Positions 9,611 to 17,507 of a stretch of 42,995 nucleotides of DNA are shown piece by piece. Under the pieces are notes generated by a model. It ran no database searches, was not told the origin of the DNA, and worked only from the letters and a program-made list of their open reading frames with translations. Location: contig JAZSGA010000186.1 of the NCBI GenBank assembly GCA_045532495.1, positions 1 to 42,995 of the forward strand, given 5' to 3'. This DNA is from Eubacteriales bacterium (GTDB lineage Bacteria > Bacillota > Clostridia > Oscillospirales > CAG-382). Numbering within the stretch: position 1 is the stretch's first letter; every line of letters starts with the position of its first letter. The translations under genes were made by a program, and so were the position numbers.

Positions 9611-10372
9611 TTACAGCGGTTTTTTTAGTATCTGCGGATATCTTCTGGGATACTGCGTGGGTGTGGGTTTTGTTTTGCGGATGATTATAAGGCAATGCTT
9701 TTTATCCTCGTCCTCGCCGTCATAAAAATCGCACAGATCGTAATACAAAACATCCTCCACCTTGCCGCCAAGAGCTTTTATGCCTGCCTGCGAGCGTGAA
9801 AGCTCGCTTTGGGGATCTCGTGTATCCGCCGCAACAACTCCCTTATAGGCGGCAAAAAATCCGCCCACCTTTACAAAGGGCATGCACAGCTCGCACAGCA
9901 CGGGCAAATTTGCCATTGCGCGGGATACCGCCGCATCAAAACCTTCACGCAGGGTTTTATCCTTTGCGGCATCTTCGGCACGCAGGGGGTATATTCCTGC
10001 TTCAAACCCCAGGGTTTTTGCCGCATGGGATGTGAATTTAAGCTTTTTTTCGGTGCTGTCGAGAAAAGAAATGTCAATACTGCGGTCCGCAAGCTTTAGC
10101 GGCAAACCGGGAAAACCCGCTCCGCAACCCACATCAATAACCCTTGCATTTTGGGGCAAAAGCTTTTGTGAAAGCAAAAACAGCGAATCGGCGTGGTGCT
10201 TTATTGCCACCTCACGCTCCTCACGCACTGCGGTGAGATTTGTGTGGGAATTGTACTGCAAAAGCTCGTCGGTAAGCACGCAGAAATCGTTGTATGCGTT
10301 TTCTTGCAATGGGATATTGTATTTTTGGCAAAAATGCTTTATAATGGATACTGTAATGTTGTTTTCGGACAC
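9611..10372 (-). CDS. rsmG: 16S rRNA m7G527 methyltransferase
   Basis: NLTAV, HHADSL, DVGCGAGFPG, SRAMA, TPTQYPRR; GTG start. Confidence 0.93.
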   Translation of the reverse strand: MSENNITVSIIKHFCQKYNIPLQENAYNDFCVLTDELLQYNSHTNLTAVREEREVAIKHHADSLFLLSQKLLPQNARVIDVGCGAGFPGLPLKLADRSIDISFLDSTEKKLKFTSHAAKTLGFEAGIYPLRAEDAAKDKTLREGFDAAVSRAMANLPVLCELCMPFVKVGGFFAAYKGVVAADTRDPQSELSRSQAGIKALGGKVEDVLYYDLCDFYDGEDEDKKHCLIIIRKTKPTPTQYPRRYPQILKKPL

Positions 10373-10420
10373 GGAAACATTTCTCCTTTTGTATATATTA
10401 AGACCTTTAAGGGTATATTT

Positions 10421-11269
10421 ATGAAAAAGCTTTTACACGATTTTTTTAAAACCAACCATATAAAATACTACCGAGCTTTGCCCATAGAATGGCTTGCGGA
10501 AGATATTATAATATCGCCCCGAAGAATGCCTCAGGGGGCAAAATATGTTGTGCCGTTTTTAATACCATACCGCTGCGATGATAATGCCTGCCGCAACATA
10601 TCGGAATACGCGGTACCGCGGGATTACCACCTTTTTGCTTCAAATTTGGGAAAAGAGCTTAAAAGTGCCCTTTTGCAAAGCGGAATTGATGCGCATGCCG
10701 AGGTTTTTGCCGATACATCGCCCTTTGCGGAGGCAAAGCTTGCCTGCCTTGCAAAGCTTGGATTTATAGGACGCAACGGACTTGTTATAAACCCCGAATA
10801 CGGCAGCTATGTTTTTTTGGGCGAGGTGGTAACGGATGCCTGCCTTGAGGATTTTTACGGCATGCCGCCCATCCTTGAGCAAACCTGCATGCAATGCGGA
10901 GCTTGTGTTGCCGCATGCCCGGGAAAATGCCTTGGCTGCGATGACGGCATATGCTATTCCGCACTCAGCCAGCAAAAAAAGCTTACCGAGCACGAGCAGG
11001 CTTTGCTTTCAAAGCACAATCTTTTATGGGGCTGTGATACCTGCCAAAGCGTTTGCCCCCACAACAAAAATGCGGCGTACACTCAAATTGAATTTTTCCG
11101 CACCTGCCGTATACCAAAACTCAGCCTTGAGCTTATCAAGGGTATGAGCGATGAGGAGTTTTCACAGCGTGCATATTCCTGGCGCGGCAGGCAGGTAATT
11201 ATGCGCAACGCATCATTATTAGATATTATAACAGATTCTCATGATAAAATCAACAAGGAGAACCCATGA
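10421..11269 (+). CDS. queG: Epoxyqueuosine reductase QueG family protein
   Basis: DYH motif, GFIGRNGLVINPEYGSYVFLGE, two Fe-S motifs CMQCGACVAACP and GCDTCQSVCP; ATG at 10421 avoids overlap with rsmG. Confidence 0.8.
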   Translation: MKKLLHDFFKTNHIKYYRALPIEWLAEDIIISPRRMPQGAKYVVPFLIPYRCDDNACRNISEYAVPRDYHLFASNLGKELKSALLQSGIDAHAEVFADTSPFAEAKLACLAKLGFIGRNGLVINPEYGSYVFLGEVVTDACLEDFYGMPPILEQTCMQCGACVAACPGKCLGCDDGICYSALSQQKKLTEHEQALLSKHNLLWGCDTCQSVCPHNKNAAYTQIEFFRTCRIPKLSLELIKGMSDEEFSQRAYSWRGRQVIMRNASLLDIITDSHDKINKENP

Positions 11270-12171
11270 CCTTGCAGTCATTTTATTCCTATATCCAAAA
11301 AAATTTTCAAAACCCCGATGAGCTTTATGAAATATGTGCCATTTATGAAAAAGAAATCAAAAACACGCCCCTTTTAGACTCCCTTGAGCAGGCAATAAAG
11401 CACATTCCTCACAGGCTTTACGGCGAGTTCCCTTTTTACGGCGAATTCCGCTGTGTTGATTTTTTTGAAATACTCAATTCCGCCGCAAAGGCTGCTTTAA
11501 ACCGTGATGCCTTTTACCTTGCGGTATACATTGCCCTTTGCATCGGTGCAAAACAGCGGCTGTGCGGAATGGGTGTTGCGGAAAGTGTGGCGGAGCAAAC
11601 CCTTTCGGGCGTAGCTTTGTGGGCAAAAAAGCACAAAAGAATAAGCGGCAGCTATGGTCTTCCCGATTACCGCTGGTGCACACGCTATCTTTGCGGTGCG
11701 GTGTTGCGGTTTGGTTCGCTGGAATTTGAACCCTGCCTTAACCGTGATGTGCGTTTGCCGCAAAAAAGCGATGACGGATTGAAAATAAACGTGCATATCC
11801 CCGAAGGTACGGATTTTTCATACGGGGCACGCAAGGCATCGTACCTTGATGCCTACGATTTTTACAGCGGAGTGTTTTCAAAATCAAATCTGGTTTTTGT
11901 GTGCGAAAGCTGGCTTTTATCCCTTGACCACGAGGCTTTGGGGGAATGCAACATAAATTCCTTCCGCAGAGATTTTAACATTTACAACTATTACTACGAT
12001 GCCGAAAAGGAGTTTTTGTGGCGTATTTTCGGCAATGCGGATATAAACGATCCTTATAACCTGCCGCAATCAAACCGCCTTATGCGCCTTTACCGCCAAA
12101 AGCTTTTAAATGGCGAAAAGTTTTGCAGCGGCACGGGTTATTTTGTAATAAGCAACAGAAAAATACTTTAA
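11266..12171 (+). CDS. GNAT-like acyltransferase domain protein (DUF5596-like)
   Basis: LRFGSLEFE, INVHIPEG and FVCESWLL motifs; ATGA overlap with queG. Confidence 0.6.
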   Translation: MTLQSFYSYIQKNFQNPDELYEICAIYEKEIKNTPLLDSLEQAIKHIPHRLYGEFPFYGEFRCVDFFEILNSAAKAALNRDAFYLAVYIALCIGAKQRLCGMGVAESVAEQTLSGVALWAKKHKRISGSYGLPDYRWCTRYLCGAVLRFGSLEFEPCLNRDVRLPQKSDDGLKINVHIPEGTDFSYGARKASYLDAYDFYSGVFSKSNLVFVCESWLLSLDHEALGECNINSFRRDFNIYNYYYDAEKEFLWRIFGNADINDPYNLPQSNRLMRLYRQKLLNGEKFCSGTGYFVISNRKIL

Positions 12172-12187
12172 GGAGCAAACCTTCAGG

Positions 12188-13954
12188 ATGGAAAAAATAA
12201 AGCTCAACTGCGCTGTGCTGTGCGAGGGAAAGTACGATAAAATAAAGCTTTCCGCTTTGCTTGATGCCGTTATAATAACCACCGACGGTTTTTCGGTGTT
12301 CAACAATGCCGAAAAAAAGGCGCTTATACGCAAGCTGTGCGATGCCCGTGGGCTTGTTATAATAACCGACAGCGACAGGGCAGGCAATTTTATCCGCTCA
12401 AAGCTAAAGGGCATGCTGCCGCAGGGTAAGGTCAAAAACCTTTATATCCCCGAAATACGCGGCAGGGAAAAGCGCAAAAAGCAGGATTCCAAGGACGGTC
12501 TTCTGGGCGTTGAGGGCATGAGCATCGAAACTTTGCGCCGTGTGTTTGAAAAGGCAGGACTTACGGATACTGCCACCTGCCCCACAGCACCTGCCGTTAC
12601 AAAGGCACAGCTTTATACCCTTGGACTTTCGGGATGTGCCGACAGTGCCGAAAAGCGCGCACAGGTGCTTAAAAAACTGGATCTTCCGACGGGACTTACC
12701 GCCAACGCCATGCTTTGCGCCCTGGAGATGTTGGGTACCACATATAACGAGCTTGCCGCACTTTGCGGTTTTGATGAGCAAAAGCTGAAGTTTGAAAGCT
12801 TTTTTCCGTCATCGGTGCGTACCATTCTTTCAAACCTTATAAACGCAGGGTACGAGGCGCATTTTGTGGGCGGCTGTGTGCGTGATTTCTTTACAGACCG
12901 CACCCCCGGCGATTTTGACATAACCACCAATGCCGACAGCGATACGGTAATACGCATCCAAACCGCCTGCGGTGCACAGGCACAGCTTACGGGCGGCAAC
13001 TGCGGCACGGTAAAGGTGACTTATTGCACCTGCTCTGCGGAAATAACCCCCTACCGCACCGAAAGCGGATATACCGATCACCGCCATCCTTCCCGGGTGG
13101 AATATGTGCAAAACATAAACCAAGACCTTTGCCGCCGTGATTTTACGGTAAATGCGCTGGCGCTTACACTGGACATCAACGGAAATGTGGTGCTTACCGA
13201 CAATTTTGGCGGACTTGAGGATATAAAAAGCGGCACTCTGCGGTGCATAGGCGATCCGACGGTGCGTTTTACCGAGGATGCCCTGCGCATACTGCGCGCC
13301 TTAAGATTTTGTGTTCAGCTTGATTTTAAAATACATCCGCAAACGGCGGATGCCATAAACAAAACGGCACAGCTTTTGGACTATGTTTCGGCAGAACGCA
13401 GGTGTGAAGAACTTAAAAAAATGCTGATATGCGGTTGTCCTGAGGCGGTTTTGTGTGATTTTCCCACGGTTTTTTCGAAAATTTTGGGTAACTATGTGGG
13501 AAAAGGTGTGAATAAAGTGCCGCCTGTCTTTACAAAGCGGCTGTTTTACATATTAAAAAACAACGACCGCGGCATGTTTGAAAAAACGCTTTATGCCTTA
13601 AAGCTTACATCGGCACAGCATGACGAAATAATGCAATACAAAGAAATATACGATGCTTGCGGCGAAAATGTCAGCCGTGATGCGGGACTTGAGCTTATTG
13701 CACGCCACGGTGAATTTTTTGGAGAGTATCTTGAAATTTTCGGCAGATATTGCGATTTTGCCGACGTGTTGGAGGATGTTTGTGTGCCCAAAAGCCTGCG
13801 TCAGCTTGATATAAGCGGCAGCGACCTTGCCGCCATAGGCTTTGAAGGAGCACAGATTGGCACGGCACTTGAAAAGCTTTTGCTGTGTGCCGTATGCCGT
13901 AAAGTCAAAAACGAAAAACAAGAGCTCTTATCTTTTGCAAAAAAACTGCTTTAA
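12188..13954 (+). CDS. cca: Fusion of RNase M5-like Toprim/DUF4093 domain and class II CCA-adding tRNA nucleotidyltransferase
   Basis: N-terminal CEGKYD and TDSDRAG Toprim motifs plus GLLGVEG; C-terminal GGCVRD...DFD, RRDFTVNA and EDALR in one open frame. Confidence 0.8.
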   Translation: MEKIKLNCAVLCEGKYDKIKLSALLDAVIITTDGFSVFNNAEKKALIRKLCDARGLVIITDSDRAGNFIRSKLKGMLPQGKVKNLYIPEIRGREKRKKQDSKDGLLGVEGMSIETLRRVFEKAGLTDTATCPTAPAVTKAQLYTLGLSGCADSAEKRAQVLKKLDLPTGLTANAMLCALEMLGTTYNELAALCGFDEQKLKFESFFPSSVRTILSNLINAGYEAHFVGGCVRDFFTDRTPGDFDITTNADSDTVIRIQTACGAQAQLTGGNCGTVKVTYCTCSAEITPYRTESGYTDHRHPSRVEYVQNINQDLCRRDFTVNALALTLDINGNVVLTDNFGGLEDIKSGTLRCIGDPTVRFTEDALRILRALRFCVQLDFKIHPQTADAINKTAQLLDYVSAERRCEELKKMLICGCPEAVLCDFPTVFSKILGNYVGKGVNKVPPVFTKRLFYILKNNDRGMFEKTLYALKLTSAQHDEIMQYKEIYDACGENVSRDAGLELIARHGEFFGEYLEIFGRYCDFADVLEDVCVPKSLRQLDISGSDLAAIGFEGAQIGTALEKLLLCAVCRKVKNEKQELLSFAKKLL

Positions 13955-13974
13955 AGAATACAAGGAGAACAGCC

Positions 13975-14883
13975 ATGACAAACCAACAGTTTATCAAAAA
14001 TTTATCCGTACCTCAGGGCATGGTGGATGTGGTGATAGACACCGATGCATACAACGAAATAGACGATCAGTTTGCCATTTCCTACCTGCTTAAATCCACC
14101 GAAAAGCTTAACACCGTGGCGATATATGCCGCACCCTTTCTCAATTCCCGCTCGCAAAGCCCTGCCGACGGTATGCAGAAAAGCTATGATGAAATTTTAA
14201 AGCTTTTAAAACTTGCCGGTATAAAAAAGGACGTTTTTGCAGGTTCCGACAAATATATGGACGATGAGCACACTCCCGTTATTTCAGATGCGGCAAAGGA
14301 TCTTGCGGAGCGTGCAAATAATTACACCCCCGAAAAGCCTTTGTACGTTGTGGCAATAGGCGCCATAACAAATGTGGCATCCGCCATACTTTTAAATCCC
14401 GATGTGGCGCGCAACACCGTTGTTGTTTGGCTTGGCGGCCATGCACAGCATTATCACAACACCCGTGAATTCAACATGCGGCAGGATGTTGCTGCCGCAC
14501 GCATTGTATTTACCTGCGGTGTGCCGCTGGTACAGCTTCCCTGCATGGGTGTTGTAAATGCGTTTACAATTTCAAAGCCCGAGCTTGAATATTGGTTTGC
14601 AGGCAAAAATCCCCTTTCGGATTATCTTGCAAAAAACTCCATTGCCGCCGCCGAGAGTTATGCTTCGGGCAAGCCCTGGACAAGGGTTATATGGGACGTT
14701 ACCGCCGTGGCATGGCTGCTTAATGACGATAACAGATTTATGGAGTCTAAAATAATCAAAACTCCGCTGCCCACTTACGATAACCTTTATGACGAAAACC
14801 CCGACGGTTATGATATGCGCTATGTTTACTGCATAAATCGTGATGCGCTTATGGAAGATCTGGTAAAAAAGATAACGGAATAA
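13975..14883 (+). CDS. Inosine/uridine-preferring nucleoside hydrolase family protein
   Basis: DTDAYNEIDD Ca-binding motif, IGAITNVA, EFN, IWD; RBS AAGGAG. Confidence 0.8.
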   Translation: MTNQQFIKNLSVPQGMVDVVIDTDAYNEIDDQFAISYLLKSTEKLNTVAIYAAPFLNSRSQSPADGMQKSYDEILKLLKLAGIKKDVFAGSDKYMDDEHTPVISDAAKDLAERANNYTPEKPLYVVAIGAITNVASAILLNPDVARNTVVVWLGGHAQHYHNTREFNMRQDVAAARIVFTCGVPLVQLPCMGVVNAFTISKPELEYWFAGKNPLSDYLAKNSIAAAESYASGKPWTRVIWDVTAVAWLLNDDNRFMESKIIKTPLPTYDNLYDENPDGYDMRYVYCINRDALMEDLVKKITE

Positions 14884-14969
14884 TTGCTTTTTCCTGCGGT
14901 CGGTGCAACATCGGCCGCAGTTTTTTTGCCTGAAAAAAGGCGGCAAAAACGGCACAAAAACCGCCGCAC

Positions 14970-14998
14970 TTGCAATTTTTATAAATATGTGTTATAAT
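14970..14998 (+). promoter_or_regulatory. sigma-A promoter with extended -10
   Basis: TTGCAA-N17-TATAAT with TG at the extended position. Confidence 0.7.
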
Positions 14999-15122
14999 AT
15001 ATGCTACAATGGTACTAAAATGGATATTTGTGCGGCGAAAAAGCATTGCCGCCAAAACCGCAGTATCTTACAAAAATTGTCATAAAATCACATGTTTTTT
15101 AAAAAAGAAAGGAGCATTCCGG

Positions 15123-15611
15123 ATGAAATTTTTGCGTACATTGGCAAAAAAACCGCTGCTTACTGCGGCATGCGTGCTTTGCACCGTTGCAGTTTGTTTT
15201 CCGGCAGGTACTCTTGCCGCAGAATATCTTTCGGAAGGTGATCCCGTAATCACCTTAAGCTATCTCAAAAGCGTTTTTTCGCCTGCCTTGAAAGAAGAAA
15301 TCAAAAATGAGGTTTCTGTCGGCGGCACCTCCTACAGCGGCTACACCGTGGTGGAGCTTTCCGCAGGGCAGATACTTACATCCCAGAACGGTACCGTGGA
15401 GCTTATTCTGCGCCCCGGTGCGGAAGGAGTTGTTGTTTCCGATATTCCCGGTAACGGTCTTTCGGATATTTCGGAAATGCGAGAAATTTTAGACGGCGAA
15501 CCTGCAGGCATAAATCATGCACTTATAATACCCCGCAACGACGGCAGAGGGGTACGCATTACCTCGGAAAAGGCATATGTTCTTGTCCGCGGTTCATATG
15601 CAGTAAAATAA
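15123..15611 (+). CDS. Secreted or membrane-anchored hypothetical protein
   Basis: RBS AAAGGAG before ATG at 15123, signal-peptide-like N-terminus, DPVITLSYL motif. Confidence 0.7.
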   Translation: MKFLRTLAKKPLLTAACVLCTVAVCFPAGTLAAEYLSEGDPVITLSYLKSVFSPALKEEIKNEVSVGGTSYSGYTVVELSAGQILTSQNGTVELILRPGAEGVVVSDIPGNGLSDISEMREILDGEPAGINHALIIPRNDGRGVRITSEKAYVLVRGSYAVK

Positions 15612-15628
15612 AGGGTTTTTGATACAAA

Positions 15629-17050
15629 ATGAAGTTTTTTTCCACTTCAAAAAAATCCAAGACCGTAACTAAAATTCTTGCCGTTATACTTGCCGTTCTG
15701 TTTGTTCTGGGTACGCTTGCCACCGTGCTTCCCACCCTTGTAAATGCCACGGGCACATCAAGGTTTTTGCGTGTGGGACTTTATTACGGAGCAAGTGCGG
15801 TAACATCCCTTGCGCTGACATCCGATACAGGCTTTGAGCTTGGCAGCTTTGATTCCGCATCGGGCTACTTTGCGCCCTCCGCCAATTTATACAACACTGC
15901 CCTTGTGGCATCCTTTGCAAACGGTGCAGGCAGTATAATGACACCCGAATGGATGACACTTACATCGCTTTATGAGGGAACTCCCGTATATATCCGTGCC
16001 GCAGGCGGCGGAAACATTGGTGCAGGCGGAAACATTTACAGCGGTGTGCTGGAAATAACCTGCATGGGCGGCGGTTTGCGCGTTGTAAACATTGCCGATC
16101 TTGAAGATTATGTAAAGGGCGTTGTGGTTTCCGAGGTTTACAGCTCATGGCCCGCCGAGGCTCTTAAAAGTCAGGCGGTGGTGGCACGCAGCTTTACCCT
16201 TTACAGCTCCACAAAGCACACAGCCGATGGGTTTGATATTTGTGCAACCCAGCATTGTCAGGCATATAACGGCATAGGCAATGCCGTGCAGGCAACCAAC
16301 GATGCGGTGGATGCAACACGGGGACTTGTTGTGGCATACAACGGCAGACCTGCGCTTACCACCTACCATTCCTCCAGCGGACAGCGCACCGAAAGCGCCA
16401 GCAGCGCATGGGGAAGCAAGCCTGAGGCATATCCCTACCTTGCATCGGTGGATACAGGCTTTAACGATACGGTAAATTACCGCAACGGCAGATGGAGCTA
16501 TACCGTAAGCGCATCCGCACTTACCGATTACATAAACTCAAAGCCTGCCTATGAGGGAATATTAAAGGGCAATGTGGACAGCATCGTTTGCGAAAGCAAG
16601 CCCGATTCGCCCTATGTTTACAAGCTTACCGTATCCGATGCCCTGGGCAACAGCATAACCGTGGAAAAATCCACCCAGGTACGCAATTTTATCACGCAGT
16701 ACTGTAAAAGCGCGTGCTTTACGGTTTCGGCACACAAACCCATATATGCCAATGAAGGCGAGTATATGCTGGATTCCGAAAACATGTATGTAATTACCGC
16801 CGAAGGCCCCAAAACCTTAAAGGTTCCGTCATCGGGGCTTGAGGTTTTAACCGCCGATGGGCTTAAAACCGTGCAGTCCACCGTGGGCGAAAAGCTGTTT
16901 ACCATAACCGGCGAAGGCTACGGTCACGGCGTGGGTATGAGCCAGTACGGTGCCATGACTCTTGCACAGCAGGGGCATGATTATAACTACATCCTTTCGC
17001 TTTATTACCCCGGCACCACCATTGTGGATTATACAACACTTGCTCCGTGA
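15629..17050 (+). CDS. SpoIID/LytB-domain peptidoglycan lytic transglycosylase-like protein
   Basis: LEDYVKGVVVSE, EALKSQAVVARSF, CQAY, GYGHGVGMSQYGA, YYPGT; N-terminal signal/TM. Confidence 0.88.
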   Translation: MKFFSTSKKSKTVTKILAVILAVLFVLGTLATVLPTLVNATGTSRFLRVGLYYGASAVTSLALTSDTGFELGSFDSASGYFAPSANLYNTALVASFANGAGSIMTPEWMTLTSLYEGTPVYIRAAGGGNIGAGGNIYSGVLEITCMGGGLRVVNIADLEDYVKGVVVSEVYSSWPAEALKSQAVVARSFTLYSSTKHTADGFDICATQHCQAYNGIGNAVQATNDAVDATRGLVVAYNGRPALTTYHSSSGQRTESASSAWGSKPEAYPYLASVDTGFNDTVNYRNGRWSYTVSASALTDYINSKPAYEGILKGNVDSIVCESKPDSPYVYKLTVSDALGNSITVEKSTQVRNFITQYCKSACFTVSAHKPIYANEGEYMLDSENMYVITAEGPKTLKVPSSGLEVLTADGLKTVQSTVGEKLFTITGEGYGHGVGMSQYGAMTLAQQGHDYNYILSLYYPGTTIVDYTTLAP

Positions 17051-17105
17051 TATATAAAACAAAAATATTCTCACAAGGGCATGCAAACAGGGTTTTTGCA
17101 AAACA

Positions 17106-17223
17106 AAGGGCTGTATCAAAACAGTTTGATACAGCCTTAATTATATGAAAAACTCACAAATATTCGTAGGGGAGATCCATCATCGTCCCGAAAAAACGGA
17201 CAGATGTGGGCATCTGTCCCTAC
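17106..17223 (+). repeat. Repeat unit: GGCTGTATCAAA palindrome, linker and inverted REP doublet
   Basis: First 85 nt recur at 27812-27898; the GTAG...CTAC doublet at 17166-17223 recurs at 17394-17453. Confidence 0.75.
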
Positions 17224-17271
17224 AATACGCGGTACACTGATTTTATAATGATTTCATTGAAGATGAAAGCA

Positions 17272-17350
17272 ATGAATTGCCTTCGGCATGAATTGAAAAT
17301 TAAAATTTTCATGAATTGAGCCTTGCGGCTCATGAATTGCACTTTGTGCA
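17272..17350 (+). repeat. Array of four ATGAATT motifs, each followed by a different hairpin
   Basis: ATGAATT at 17272, 17288, 17311 and 17332, with perfect stems after each. Confidence 0.8.
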
Positions 17351-17393
17351 TTAAAAAGAACGGTATCTGCATCGTACAATCGATATGGACAAT

Positions 17394-17453
17394 GTAGGGG
17401 ACGATGCCTTCATCGTCCCGAAAAAACGGACAGATGTGGGCATCTGTCCCTAC
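17394..17453 (+). repeat. Inverted GTAG-type REP doublet
   Basis: GTAGGGGACGATG-CCTT-CATCGTCCCG, AAAAAA, CGGACAGATG-TGGG-CATCTGTCCCTAC. Confidence 0.8.
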
Positions 17454-17472
17454 ACATTTTTTGCCGGTTTTA

Positions 17473-17501
17473 AAAGGAGAAGCCTTTTGTGCTTCTCCTT
17501 T
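17473..17501. terminator. Intrinsic terminator at the end of mfd (probably bidirectional)
   Basis: AAAGGAGAAGC-N7-GCTTCTCCTTT. Confidence 0.7.
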
Positions 17502-17507
17502 GCTTTT

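Noticed and set aside
10193-10420. Long N-terminal extension of queG in the ORF track
   Set aside because: It overlaps rsmG on the opposite strand and does not resemble QueG; ATG at 10421 is more plausible.
17272-17350. Mini-CRISPR interpretation of the ATGAATT array
   Set aside because: Repeats are only 7-8 nt, spacers are 9-16 nt and self-complementary, and no cas genes are present.
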